The notes beneath the pieces were generated by a model. It saw only the letters and a program-made list of their open reading frames with translations, was not told the origin of the DNA and did no database searches. The position numbers and the translations under genes are program-made. From Eledone cirrhosa (lineage: Eukaryota): a stretch of DNA of 64,000 bases. Shown here one piece after another: positions 1-17,095 of this stretch. Numbering within the stretch: the stretch's first letter is position 1; every line of letters begins with the position of its first letter. Where the stretch lies: contig CAXHJY010000929.1 of assembly GCA_964016885.1 (NCBI GenBank), positions 1 through 64,000 on the forward strand, given 5' to 3'.

Positions 1-285
1 TGGATGAGGGTGCTGTGTTAGGACATGGGGGGGTGTTACATGGGAGGTTTGATGGAGGGGTATGTGCGCATACTAGATGTATATAATTAATTAAACGTTT
101 GTAGTAACTTTACTTTGTGAAGATTTGCAGTTTTAGAATAAAGACATGGAGTTTTAGAATAAAGACATGGAGTTTTTTAATGTTATGCACTTATAGTGCT
201 GCTTTGTACTTTTCAAGTATAACTTGCTAATGTCATTTCATGTGGTACAGAATGTTAAGCATTAATGTGTTTTCTATGTGTTCAG

Positions 286-487
286 CCTCAGGTAAAACTC
301 AACTGTCAGATAAACCCCTCGAACCAGCTCTTACTGATGGAACTGAGTTGGATGAAGAAGCAAACCTCAATGACCAGAGGATTATTTAGAACTCCTCTAT
401 GAAGATATCCAGAAAAAATACGAGGTGCAGCCTTATTTTTGCAGCTTTCAAGAAATCCTGATAATCTTGAAGAACTTTTCCATAATG
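286..487 (+). CDS. KIFAP3: KIFAP3 internal coding exon (SGKTQLSDKP...[44 protein letters not shown]), with apparent 1-nt deletions
   Basis: ttcAG acceptor at 284-285. The peptide matches KAP3 '[43 protein letters not shown]' only if single bases are restored near 375, near 410 and at the donor (aatg|[g]taa). Upstream exons lie outside the window. Confidence 0.85.
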
Positions 488-1025
488 TAAATTTAAGGTT
501 TTTTGTTGTTGTTGTTTTTTTTGTTTTTTTTGTAGATAATGGAAAGGGTCAATTGCCCACGGCTTTCACAGGCTCTCACAGACAATGGGGATTGTGTGTT
601 TCCCTGTTTTCCCCACATTTTCTGAGAGAGTTTTATTCATATTTTTGTCTGTTGCTCTGAATATAGTAAAGTGAAGGCACATAGCCTAATGGTTAGGCTG
701 TTGAAATTTATGATCATAATGTCATGGGTTCGATTCTTGGACTGGGTGGCGTGTTGTGTTCTTGAGCAAATCACTTCATTTCACATTGCTCCAGTACACT
801 CAGCTGAAAATGAACATCAGCAGTAGCTAGGGAAATTAACTCTGCAATGAACTGACATCCAATGAAACCAAAATAAGCTTTGCCCTTAGCTGAACCCCTG
901 AGCTCAGGATAAACTTCAACTTTTTTTCATAAATAACCAGAAATCTATGTATTCTTAAACTACTGTGAAAGTTTTTCAAAAATCAACTTTGAAATTCACA
1001 TTATTAATGTTATTATTATTATTTA

Positions 1026-1177
1026 CTAGCTGGCCCGTCCGGCTGGCGCCCGGCTAGGTATACCTGCCTCCACTGCAAAGATACCACACACCCTCCCGTG
1101 TCACATTGTCCTTCCGACTCTCTCTCTCTCTCTGTAGATGTGTGTGTGTAGTTTTCCTAATCTCTCTCTCTCTCTCG

Positions 1178-1211
<34 letters not shown>

Positions 1212-1741
1212 ATGTGTATATATTGAAGGGAGATACGGAAACTAAAACAGTGTTGTCATATAGAGAGTGAAGAGCGACAGAGTAAAGCAGTTAAATTATA
1301 GAGAGGGGGAAATGATCTTCATACATACATATATACATACATACATAGTATAGATGTGTATGTGTTTGTGTATGTGCATGTTTGTCTGTGTGTTTTGTTT
1401 TGATGTTATATTATAGTGTGTGTGTTACTTATGCGAGCAACGACAGAAAGTATGTGTGTGTGTTATACGAGTGACGACAGAAAAACAGAGGAGGGGAAAA
1501 GAGAGAGATAGGCTGTTAGACAGAGAGAGATACAATTAAAACGAAAAGTAAAAGTGTTGTCATATAGAGAGTGAAGAGCGACAGAGAGTAAAGCAGTTAA
1601 ATTATAGAGAGGGGGAATGATCTATTATAGAGAGAGGGAAGAGCAACAGAGAGAGTAAAGCTAACAAACTATAGGGAGGTGTGTAGGATACATACATACA
1701 TACATAATACCACACGACACTCAGCTTTATAATATTATAGA
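1026..1741 (-). mobile_element. Non-autonomous Helitron
   Basis: On the minus strand it starts TCTATAAT and ends with a CCGG...CCGG hairpin plus CTAG; A|T flanks; internal microsatellites and a duplicated segment. Confidence 0.75.
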
Positions 1742-2853
1742 TTATCATTATTGGCGGTGGATTGGCAGAATCGGTAGGGTGTCGGACTCCATGCTTCATA
1801 GCATAGAGTTGCGGCTTTTTTACACTGAGTTCAAATCCTGCCGAGGTTAGCTTTGCCTCTCATCCTTACGGGTTTGATAGATAAACCACCAGTAATGCAC
1901 TGGGTTTGATTTAATCAACTTTCCCCTCTCCTTCAAATTGCTGACCTTGTGCCTAAAGTAGAAACAATTATTATTGTTTGAAATTTGAAATGTAATCTCA
2001 TTGCAAATAACCATAATAATAGTCAATCAAGTTAAATAATAGTTGAGGAAATTGGATAAAGTATCCTTGGAGATGAAAAAGAATGAACTGTTATGGTCAT
2101 TACATTGGAATAACTACATTTCAAATTTCAAATTTTCCTGATGCTTTTCTTAAGACAACCAGATGATTACTATTATTGTTGGATTTAGAAGAATCAATTG
2201 GTAGTGTTTGTTTTAGCTCTTTATGTTCTGAGTGCAAATCCAGTGTGATCACCTTTGCTTTTCATCTTTTTAGAGTTGATAACATTGGAATACCATTCAA
2301 TTACTGGGTTCAATATATTTGACTTTCACCCTTCTTCTTCATTCCTGAGAGGGTCGTGGGAGCAGATCCTGTCAGAAGCAACCATCTCCAACTGATCTAA
2401 CTGGATCCCCAAGCGAGACCAGCCAAGCTCATGGATGGTATCCAACCATCTTGCTCGGGGTCTATCCCTGGGTCTCTTGCCAGTTGATTTTGCCTGTAAA
2501 ATCTGTCCAGCGATTCTTTCCTAAGGCATTCTAACCACATACCCATAGTATCGGAGCTGTGATCTCTCAATTCAAAGAAATAGCAGCTCTACTCAGAGTG
2601 ACTCTCTGGTCTCTGAGCTATGCAGTCTATTTAGTAATGTTACTCCAAAGACCCTTCTTCCAAATTTCTCGTCTTGCACCTGTGTTATAATATTATGATT
2701 GTTGTGGTTAGGACAGTGGATTGGCAGAATTGTAAATGCATAGGAAAAATTCCTGGTGATATTTGATGCAACTCTTTATGTTCCGAGTTCAAATTGCACT
2801 AAGGTCAGCTTTGTCTTTCATCCTTCTGGGGTCGATAAAGTGAAGTACTAGTC

Positions 2854-2956
2854 CAGAGATGAGGAACCTGTGACCTTAAGGCCACATGTGGCCTTATTAT
2901 ATATATTACAAGTAATTTAATGCTGCCTTTCAACATGAAAAGGTTCCCCACCTCTG
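2854..2956. mobile_element. hAT (Charlie-like) MITE inserted into a SINE
   Basis: TIR CAGAGATGAGGAACCT / AGGTTCCCCACCTCTG; 8-bp TSD tactagtc/tactagac. Confidence 0.75.
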
Positions 2957-2962
2957 TACTAG

Positions 2963-4053
<1,091 letters not shown>

Positions 4054-4149
4054 TGGAAAAAGAGGAAAAAATAAGGGCAAAGGAAGAATACGATAAAAGC
4101 TTGAAGAAATTTGAGAGTGTTGTTAAGAAACAAGAACAATTATTAAGAG
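4054..4149 (+). CDS. KIFAP3: KIFAP3 exon (MEKEEKIRAKEEYDKSLKKFESVVKKQEQLLR)
   Basis: Matches KAP3 '[22 protein letters not shown]'; GT donor at 4150; not in the ORF track. Confidence 0.92.
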
Positions 4150-5471
4150 GTTTGTATCATTGGAAAACTAATTTTACAATGTGTATATATTGTTTGTGTC
4201 TGTGTTGGTGTTTTTAATTACTTTTATTTGGGTCCTCTACCTTACCAGTTTAACAAATAGGGTAAATAGATTAAGTACCAGACCTGAAAAAATATGTACT
4301 GGGGTCAATATGGTCGACTAAATCCCTTTAAGGTGGTGTCCCAGCATGGCTTAGTTTGATGGCTAAAACTAGTAAAATAATATAAATTTAGACACATGCA
4401 TACACATATACATTTACAAATATGTAATGTGTATATATATATATATATATATATGGATCTATACACGCACACATACATACATGTAAAAACATTTTATGTG
4501 CGTATATGAATCTATACACACACATATACATCTACATAGAAACATGTAATGTGTGTATAAGAATCTATACACATACATACATACAACACATATAGATGAG
4601 AAAGAGTATATGTGAGTAGGAGAGAGAGAGAGAACATTTTTTTAATGAGATTGAAGGAAAAAGAAACAGAATTTGCAGGCTGAAATACCTCCTTAACTGT
4701 TTGTGTTTTTTTTCTCCCTCACGCACACTCCGTGAACATTTTCAGTCCTATACTTCCTTTAACAAATCTTTATTTGTGGATTATTTCGGGATACATCTAT
4801 ATGACAGATTTTGGTAAAAATTTGTTGAGAAATGTAAACATTGTTTTAAGAAACACAAATGAACTTTCATGCTTATTATATAGATATATGTTAACTATTC
4901 ATTAACCTTTTAGCATTTAAACCAGCCAGAATTCTCTCACCTCTTTCTGTTCAAACTGCCTGTAACTGGCCACTCATACTGACGTTAAGGTATTATTCTC
5001 TAAATAAATAACATCAAAATCTCATAGATTCGATATTATGTGAGATAATTATGTAAGATAAAGCCTTTTCCACAAAAATGCAATAGTATATTCAGTTTCT
5101 TTACCAAACCTTAACAAAGCTATGTTTGTAGATTGTATGTATATCCACTTAGTATTGATGGTTATGAAAGTGAGTACCCAGTACCATAGTAAAGATTAAT
5201 ATTTTCTTTATTATGGTCAAGTTTGAGTCTTGTTATTCTGGAATTTCCTCTGTGTATCCATGGGGTCATCAGATAGAAGAAACTCCAGGGTAGGCCTTAA
5301 TATATATATGTGTGTGTGCTGTGTGTATGTGTAAATATATACAGAGCTAGATAGATAGCTAGGGGAAGAGAGAGGAGAAAACTGATATGCAATACTATTG
5401 ACAGACAACACTGATTTTTGGTATGAATGAAAACATTTTCGAACATTTTTTACCACTGATAGTTTGTGTAA

Positions 5472-5762
<291 letters not shown>

Positions 5763-6319
5763 TAATATCAAACTACCTCTGTTCTATGATACAAAACTGT
5801 TATAACTGTTGTAAATATCTCTATTTTAGTGGATACAATATGGCCAAATTATAATAATAATACTAATATTAAAAAGTTCATTTTGCAATCATTAGGTCTC
5901 GGGTTCAACCCCATTGTGTGGCAACTTGAGTAAGTGTCTTCAGTTGACCCATGTCTTGTGAGTGAAATTGGGTTGACAGAAAATGTTTAGAAGTCCATTG
6001 GTTGGACTGTACCTGTAATTCAAAGGGTCAGCCTTGTTACACAGTATGTCATGCTGAATCTCCCTGAGAACTACGTTATTGGTACTTGTTTCTGTGGAAT
6101 GCTCAACAACACACACTATAAAAGATGGACTGTACCTGTAATTCGAAGAGCCAGCCTTGTCACACCATGTCATGCTGAATCTCCATGAGAATTATGTTAT
6201 TAGTACACATGTTTGTGGATTACTCAGCCACTTGCACATTAATTTCATAAGCAAACTGGGACATTGTCAATGTTGATCCATTCCTTCTTATGTCTATTTT
6301 GAAAGTAGTTTTACTATAA

Positions 6320-6619
<300 letters not shown>

Positions 6620-7621
6620 TGAGTTCAAATCCCACCAAGGTTAGCTTTGCCTTTCATCCTTATGAGGTCAATAAAATAAAGCACCAGTAATGTACTGGAT
6701 TCGATTTAATTGACTTCCCCCTCCCTTAAAATTGTTGGCCTTGTGCCTAAATCAGAAACCATTATTTTATTCAAATATTCTTAACAGTAGGTGAAAGAGA
6801 AAAAAAGAACTAACATTAAATAGCAAAGACCCAGCACTGTTGCTCATAACAGAGGAAGATAGCTAAATACCGGAATTTGACTGACCATTTCCTTCTCATG
6901 CCAGATGGCACTGAGACATCTAGGATCCTCAATCCCTAAACAGTTGTTTTCTTCCACAATATCGAGAAGAGTGTATCCCATTTAAGGAAGGACGACCTTC
7001 CGAACACAAACCACGTTTTGATAATTTACATGATAAACGCACTCAGTACACGTTGTGAAGTGGTTGGTGATGGGAAGGGCATCCAGCCATAGAAAACTTA
7101 CCAGACAAAGAGTCGAGAGGACCCTCCATTTGTGTCAATGGCATGACAACCTCTCCTGAGCATTCGATGGAACGTGCAACTGTACATAAGCGAGACACAG
7201 AGCTCTGGCTTGCTTGGGAGATCAGTGGCTTCGCTTCAGTAGGGACTTGGTCTGTATAGACCCATCCAACCCCTGCTAGCAGGAAAAGGAGACATTAAAA
7301 TGACAACAATGATGATGATGATGATGTATATCTATGACATACTTATCATTCTCCCTACCTCCCCGATCATATCCCTTACCCTATAAGATAGAAAAGGTTT
7401 TTCTGTCGAGTCAGTTTAATGCCTCTATAGTAGCTCCTTTTTAGAGCATAACCTTTTCCTTTGTAATAATTAATGATTATACTGCTATCCCAATCCTTGG
7501 GTATAACACCATCTTGTATTATCAGATTGACTATGGGAGTGCTGTTGTTTTCATCTTTTTTATCATCGTTTAACCTCCACTTTCTATGCTAGTAAACAAC
7601 CAGATACTCAATGATATTATA

Positions 7622-7708
7622 TAATAATATTGTCATATCATCATCATCATCGTTTAACGTCCATCTTCCACGCTAAACGATGATGATGATGATATGACAA
7701 TATTATTA
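7622..7708. repeat. Inverted repeat, 35-bp perfect arms, 17-nt spacer
   Basis: TAATAATATTGTCATATCATCATCATCATCGTTTA and its reverse complement. Confidence 0.93.
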
Positions 7709-7737
7709 GATATGTTTGATATGTTTGACAATAATGA

Positions 7738-7965
<228 letters not shown>

Positions 7966-8441
7966 TAGAGCAGCAGGCTTACAATCTTGAGGTTGTGAGT
8001 TTGATTCTCAGATCGGGCTGTGTTCTTGTGTCCTTGACCAAGACACTATATTTCACATTGCTCAAGTTCACTCAGCTGTAGAAATGAGTTGCTGTTTCGG
8101 CCATTGCCTTTCCTTTGGACAACATTGCTGGCATGGAAAGGGGTGACTGGTATGAATGGGCGACTGCTGGTCTTCCACGAACAACCCTGCCCGGACTTGT
8201 ACCTCAGAGGGGAACTTTCTAGGTGCAAATTCCATGGTCATTCGAGACTGAAGGGGGTCTTTTCCCTTACATTAGCAGACATACCAGCTTAATACAGAGA
8301 AAGTTTGTTACTTCACTAAATCAATACAAATTCTTGATTGTTTTCCAAATTATTTGAGAGTCATAGGTAATGACTTTCATTTGAAATATGGCAACAAAAG
8401 TGTGAAATATTAATATTTTCTAATGAAAATTACCATTTTAA

Positions 8442-8675
<234 letters not shown>

Positions 8676-9057
8676 TAAATCCCTCCATCCTCTCTTTCTT
8701 TCCCCCCTCCCCAAATATGTAAGATATTACTCTATATCCTATATTTGATCAATCAGGGCTAATGTGTCTTCAGTTTGCAGTAGGTACATTTCTCTGCATA
8801 TCATTAAAGGCAACTGAAAAAGCATTGGTGCTAGGAAGAGTACTTGGCCATAAAATATTGTCTTGAAAAGGTCCCTATGATGAGTATGAATCCTTTCATG
8901 GTGCCCACAAGACTGTGGAAAAATAGCCTTAAAACACTTGTTTGTTCATTCAAGTCTGACATGGGCACTAAACAACAACAATAAGAACAATTCAAGTTAA
9001 ATTCAAAATGATGTGTTTGTTACAAATTCTTTTTCTATTTATGCATGAATATATTAA

Positions 9058-9256
9058 CTCTTAACATCCTGCAATGATTTAGCAGAAAATATTTAAAAAC
9101 AGGTTTGTTAATTCAGATGTTTATAGTTTGAAGGACAGATCGCTGTGGAAATTTGCAATATTAAAGTAATGACTTTAATATTTAATGTGATATAGTCATA
9201 GTGTTGTTTTGTACTTTTCTAGAACATCTTGTCAATGTGATGCAGGATGTTAAGAG
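9058..9256. mobile_element. TTAA-flanked MITE (second copy at about 11797-12012)
   Basis: Perfect 16-bp TIR CTCTTAACATCCTGCA, TTAA on both sides. Confidence 0.85.
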
Positions 9257-9827
9257 TTAAGGGAGATATATTTGACAGCTTCATCTAAAAGGACAGTAGC
9301 TCCGACTAAATAATGAATTGGTCTATAAGGATACATCTTACACATTCCAGCATTGAAAAACAAATGTAAAATTGTTTCTTAGTCTTTTACTATTTTACAG
9401 GTTTCAGTCATTAAATTGTTGATCATATTGATCCCAGTAACTGATTTTTTTCAAGTCTGGTATTTATTTTATCGATTTCTATTTGTTGAACTGTTAAGTT
9501 ACAGGACATTGACAAACAGCAAACATAAACACAGTCATGGACACATACACACACACATGCACATACACGCACACAATAGGCTTCTGCTATCACTCTCCAT
9601 CTGTCTAATTTTACTCACAAGGCATTGGTCAACCTGAGGCTGGTAGAAGTAGGACTGAACACAAAACTGCATGGTTGCCAAGTGAAGGCTTTGACCACAC
9701 AGCCATGCCTGCACCTATGTTATGATATGAACTTAACCACATGCACAACCATTCCTGCAGTCTATATAACTATGATTCTTTCTTCTTTTTAATGATTTTC
9801 CTTCCCTGAAAAATTCTGTTGTTTCAG

Positions 9828-9993
9828 GACTATATCGGTGATCTGGTTGAAGCAATGATGCAAAATAGCAATGAAGAATTTGCATTGGAGTGTCTAGGAG
9901 TGCTGGGCAATCTAACTATCCTACAATTGAATTATGAAATGATTATTAAAGAATACAACCTCATAACTTGGATAAAAAGCAAACTTCAACCAG
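9828..9993 (+). CDS. KIFAP3: KIFAP3 exon (DYIGDLVEAM...WIKSKLQP)
   Basis: tttcAG / GTAAGT; matches 'DYVGDL...EEFVIECLGTLANLTI'. Confidence 0.96.
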
Positions 9994-10452
9994 GTAAGTA
10001 CTACTGGATGACAAGTCTTTTGTAATAACTTTCTTTTACTGATTTCAGTCCTGAGACTGTGGTTATGCTGTGGCACTGCCTTAAAGGGGTTTAGTCAATC
10101 ATATCAACTTTCAGTACTTATTTTACCAGATGCTTGTTCAAACTAGACGTTTTTGGGTGTGTTAGTATCAAAAGGGTTAATTAGCAAAAACACTAACTCA
10201 GTGTGATTCAGAATAAAGGCATATATGAATCCATATACAATATGTTTGTCTATAATAAACATATTTAGTCTCGCTGACATTAAGGTAGCTGTGATAAATG
10301 TATGCTTATTATACAGAGACGTATTGTATATAGGTTCATACACAAATAGACACACACACATATATATAGTGTTTCTGTAGATTTCAAATTTTTATCTTAA
10401 TTTGTTATTGAAACTGTGACTTCAATGTAAATTTTCTCAGTTGAAATAATGA

Positions 10453-10791
<339 letters not shown>

Positions 10792-11545
10792 TAGTACCAC
10801 CACTACCACCTAACAGTGTATGCTTGGTGCATTTTATTGTGGCACCAATGCTATCACTTTTCACACCACCACTACCACTTTTTGTATATTTTATGTTGCT
10901 TGTATACAGAGTACAATGTTGCATGGTAGTATATCATGGACACTGAATGCATTGGTTGTGTAATGTTAGTGTGCATAAATGACGAAGCACAGATGAATTA
11001 AATGAAAAACTGGGTATAAGAGAAATCAGAAGTAGTATGTAAGAAAAAAGACTGCGCTGATGTGGACATGTGATGCATATGGATGGTGATCATTGGATGA
11101 AGAAGTAAGGCTAACTCTTGATTTAGCAGGCCTTAAAATATTTGTTGTTTTACAGAGTTTTGTTATATTTTGAAGCTACATATTTGTACCCTGCTTCCAC
11201 CATCTTCTTCTTTTCCTCCTTCACCCACTTATTCTGAGAGGGTTGTGAGGCAGAGTCTTCAAACACTCCATTCAGTGGGTCCTGTCAGAAGCAGCTGTCT
11301 CCAACTGATCCGGCTGGATCCCCAAGTGTGACCAGCCAAGCTCATGGATGTTATCTAACAATCTTGCTCAGGGTCTACCCCTGGGTCTCCTACCTGTTGG
11401 TTTTGCCTGTAAAATCTGTCCAGCGATTCTTTCCTGGGACATTCTAACCATATGCCCATAGTATTGGAGCGGTGATCTCTTAATTCGTAGAAGTAGCGAC
11501 TCTACCTATGTTTCTCCTTTTTTTTTCTTTTTTTTTTCTTTTACA

Positions 11546-11720
11546 ATGTTACTAAAGAATACACACACACTCTACAATGGAATTGGTTACTGATGAATAC
11601 ACACACACTTTACAATGGAATTGGTTACTAAAGAATACACACACACTTTACAATGGAATTGGTTACTGATGAATACACACACACTTTACAATGGAATTGG
11701 TTACTAAAAGATGCACACAA
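11546..11720. repeat. Minisatellite, ~37-bp unit, about 4.5 copies
   Basis: GTTACT(AAA/GAT)GAATACACACACACTTTACAATGGAATTG repeated. Confidence 0.9.
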
Positions 11721-12442
11721 TTCAGTCTTTTAAGCATTTAGATCTGGAATGTTCTGTTTGGTCTTATTCATGCACTTTACTGGTGAAATATTAAGTTTTA
11801 ACATTCTATAATGATTTAGTAGAAAATATCTAAAAATGGGTTTATTAATAAAAATGTTTATAGTATCTTTACTGGTTGACATAACAAGAAAAGCTGTAAT
11901 ATTAGAGTAAAGACTTTAATTTTTAATGTGGTGTTGTCATAGTTCTGTTTTATACTTTTTCAAGAATGTCTTTGCCAATGCAGTTTTATGTGATACAGGA
12001 TGTAAGAGTTAAGAAATATTAAATAACAAAACATAACAATAGTGAAGGTGCATGGCATAATCGTTAGGGCGTTGTGAGTTCAATTCCTGGACCAGCTGGT
12101 GCATTGTGTTTTGAGCAAAATATTTCATTTCATGTTGCTCCTGTACACTCAGCTGAAAATGGGTACCAGCATTAGCTGGGGGGTTAACCATACAATTGAC
12201 TGGTGTCCTGTTCAGGGGCATGTTTTATACTCTCAGTTGCTTAATACCAAGGAAACAGAGAAGAACTGTCCTGATGAGGCACCAGGTGTGAGACTTTAAA
12301 TTTAGCATTGCTGTATGTTTAAGAAGTTAGCTATAAATTTATTTAGATTTTTAAAAAATATATGCTGTGGTCATCATCATCATCATCATTTAACATCCAT
12401 TTTCCACATTAGCATGGGTAGGATGTGTATAAATATTAATAG

Positions 12443-13309
<867 letters not shown>

Positions 13310-14054
13310 TGATGAGGAAGCATCTCTTTGTTTAACTTTTTAACTGTTGTATTGTGATTTAGGGAGTCGCACATATTGAAGGGGGTGTAATCATGTTACA
13401 TTTGTGGCTGGAAAAATGAAAGCTTGTTTTCAAGGGTCTTGCACGAAAGTAATTTCTAGCCAGAGTTTGATTGAGTATAATTCTCGAGTCATTTTTCATT
13501 TTCTACCACATGTATGTATATATATACATACATACACATACATATATCTATACTGTTGGGGGGGCATGGCTGTGTGGTTAAGAAATCTGCTTTGGTCCTA
13601 CAGTGGAGCACTTTGGGCTAACCAATGCCTTGTAAGTGAATTTACTGAATGCTGGCACTGCATTAAAATACTCCCAATACATGCTGTAATTTGGTTGGCA
13701 TTAATAAGGCCACCCAGGTGTAAAAACCATGTCAAAAGGAGAACTTATGAGCCAGACATGATCACCACTCTGTAAGCATGAAAAATGTTAAACAGTGTTG
13801 GTGATGTTGGTTTATGGAAATTATACAAAGTCCTCTGGTACCAGTAATGCACTGAGATAATTGCTGGCCTTGTGCCAAAAGTAGAAACAATTATTATTAT
13901 TATGAAAGGTCAGACACCATGCTTTGCAGTATAGAGTTGCGCCCCTTTAAAATCCTGCCGAGGTGAACTTTGCCTTTCATCTTTACGGGGTCGATAAAAT
14001 AAAGCACCAGTAATGCTCTGGGGTCGATTTATTCGACTTTCCCCTCTGTTTCAA

Positions 14055-14285
14055 CAATCTGGGAAGTGACTTGATCAGAGACTGTGTTGAAACTGTATGG
14101 GAAGTGATTTGATCAGATACTGTGTTGAAACTGTCTGGCAAATGACTTATCTGTGACTGTGTTGAAACTGTCTGGCAAGGAGCTTGATTAGAGACTGTTG
14201 AAACTGTCTGACTACTGACCTGATCCGAGACTGCGCGTTGAATCTGTCCATCAAGTGATTTGATCTGAGATTGTGTTGAAACTAA
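14055..14285. repeat. Minisatellite, ~35-38-bp unit, about 6 degenerate copies
   Basis: AAGTGACTTGATCAGAGACTGTGTTGAAACTGTCTGG-like units. Confidence 0.85.
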
Positions 14286-14602
14286 AACAATTACTACATA
14301 GAAAGTCATTATAGTCATTTAAAAACACAGAAAAACTTATCTTTATTTTATATTTATCATTTATTTACTGATATCAAAATGTTTGACACTCTGTTGTCTG
14401 CCTGGACATTGACAATGGATAAAAATATTGACTCCAGGAAGTAAATAATTAAGTAAAGTTAAGTTTTTGTGTTTTTTTTAATGGCTAAAATGATTCTTAG
14501 ATGCAGTAATTGTTTTATTATTATTATTGTTGTTGTTGTTATAATTATGTGTATTTGTATGAAATCCCCTACTGAACTGTTTATTCATTTTGTTTACACT
14601 GA

Positions 14603-14842
<240 letters not shown>

Positions 14843-17095
14843 TGATACTTACATTTTGTTTGATTTGTGTGTGTGCCCCCCAAAAATAAAATTATGGCTA
14901 TTTTTTTTTTCTTGCTAAAGTAGGAGTTAACCTTACAGGCTCCATGATAAACTTCATATTTATCATGGTGGCCTAATTAGTAGTGGAAGAGGTTGATCTG
15001 AAAACAGTAGGTAGAATGAGAACATGATGGAAAATGTTCAAAGAGCCACTACTTTTGTTGACAACAAAAGGCTTCTCTTTGAGAACAAGTGCAATGTTGC
15101 ATAGCAGTGAGACATGAGCAGTGATTTGCAGAGGATATGTGAAGGTTGGAGTGAAATAAAGCAAGCATGCTTCAATAGATGTGCAACATTCATGTGCATG
15201 AAGAGTGAAGCAAGGATGAGCTGAGAGAAAAACTGAATATAAGAGGTATCAGTTGTAGTGTACAGGTGAGAAAATTGAACTGATGTGGTCAAGTGATCTA
15301 TATGGATGATGAATAATTTGATGAAGAAGAACCAGGAGATCCAGTGATAGGGAACTGCAGTAGAGGAAGACCTGGGCAAAAGTGATGAGGGATGATTTCA
15401 AAATGCTGAAGGAATGCAACAAGTGGAAAAAGACTGCTGGTGAAGACCTGTATAGTCCATGCATGGAAAAGTAAATGTAAAACGATGATTATGTTAGTAG
15501 TACATGGTTTGTTTTACTATTATTAGTAAATATATACCCCTCTTTTTCTATTTCTCTTTCTGTCTCAAGGGAGGGTTGGCATAAGAAAGGACATTTGGCT
15601 ATAGAATTCTACTTTAAGTTTTGTCCATTCCATGGAAAAAAATAGATGTGAAATTAATGATGGGGATGATTTACAGAGTGGTTGGCAAATGGGTGACAAC
15701 AGCGTAGGATTTGAGAGGACCACTTTAGTCCTAGTCAGGACATAACCACCTCTCTAGTGTATAGGTGCAATAATAAAGTGTGGAAAACAGACATAAAACG
15801 ATGGCGGTGATGATGGTGGTGGTGGTGGTGTGTCAACTGAGATTCTACTTTGTGGCTTCTTAACATTTTGAATGAGTAAACCAAAACAACAACTTTCTTA
15901 ATTATTTTTCTCTTATTTTTCGATTTTTCCATCCATAAATGTATATATATATCATAATCATACATTGCTGATGGCAGATTTCTTGTCAAATCTGCTTCAC
16001 TTCTCTCAGATTGTAACTCTACTTTGCCATTAACTCTGTAGCACATCAGTGTGTTGGTTTTGAGGCACTAACACAAGTGTTTTATGCAAACATCTAGACG
16101 TCTCCTCAAAATGTTTCAAATACTGTCTGGTAAGAAACTGCACTGACATAACACCTGTAATAGCTATTTAACTGCTATCTTCTATGTTTCTATAACACAA
16201 TTCCTAAATATCAACAGCAATGCACTTTTACCCTTCACCTTTCACCCATACATTGTATGTGTTGGTAGTGAGTTAGAGCTTAGAACCAAAGTTACCTGAA
16301 AATATTGATAAAACTGCACCTGAAAATAATCAAAGGTTCATGTCATTTCTTCCATCCAAGCATTTGGAGGGTGGGGGGCATCATGAAGAGCATAAAGCCA
16401 TAGAAAAAACTTGCCAGACACGAAATCATGTCCAACCCATGCAAACCTACAAAAACAGACAAAAATGATTGTTATATATAGAGACTGAAGAGCTAATTTC
16501 TGACTTTTGTTTCCATTGTTTAACCCTTTTGTTACCATATTTCTAATGAAAGAATTGGTCTATGGTTTTGAAATTGGAGTGATTTAGGAGAATAAATAAC
16601 TTTTTCATTATTAAGCTAATGTTTAGAACAATGTTTAAAACATAAAATTATGATGGAAAGGTTTTTAGATAAATATAAATATCTTAAATTAAGCAATTTA
16701 ACCAGAACCATGAGTGATTTCATATAGTTTGGTATCAAAAGGGATGAATTAATTTTTGTGCAGACACCATCAGAGAATCACTCTTTCTGAAATTGTTATA
16801 CAGTGAGAATAACAATCAAAAGAGAAAGATGTTTATACTTATAAAAGAATTTATACCCAATAGTGTGTATATGATGTTTACAGCAAAGTACTTGAAATTG
16901 TTACACAGTGAGAATCCACTAGTACTTAGCTCACTTAGTACTTTTTTGTGGACGCTCCCCTAGGTTTGAGATTGCTGCAATGTGGTGTTGCTTGATCTTC
17001 AAAATAAGTAGCCAAATTTCCTTCAAATTAGACCCTACTGTTATCACAAAGGGGGACATATTAGATACAGTAGTTCTAAATATTCTATACCTTAA

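Noticed and set aside
130-175. 21-bp tandem duplication and the G-rich run at the window start
   Set aside because: A small intronic duplication next to an error-prone exon; no functional signal.
1752-1975. SINE heads as tRNA genes
   Set aside because: They have A and B boxes but no cloverleaf, and continue into a shared SINE body and tail.
11546-11720. Regular ~37-bp repeats (also 14055-14285) as a possible CRISPR-like array
   Set aside because: Head-to-tail units with no unique spacers, in eukaryotic introns; ordinary minisatellites.
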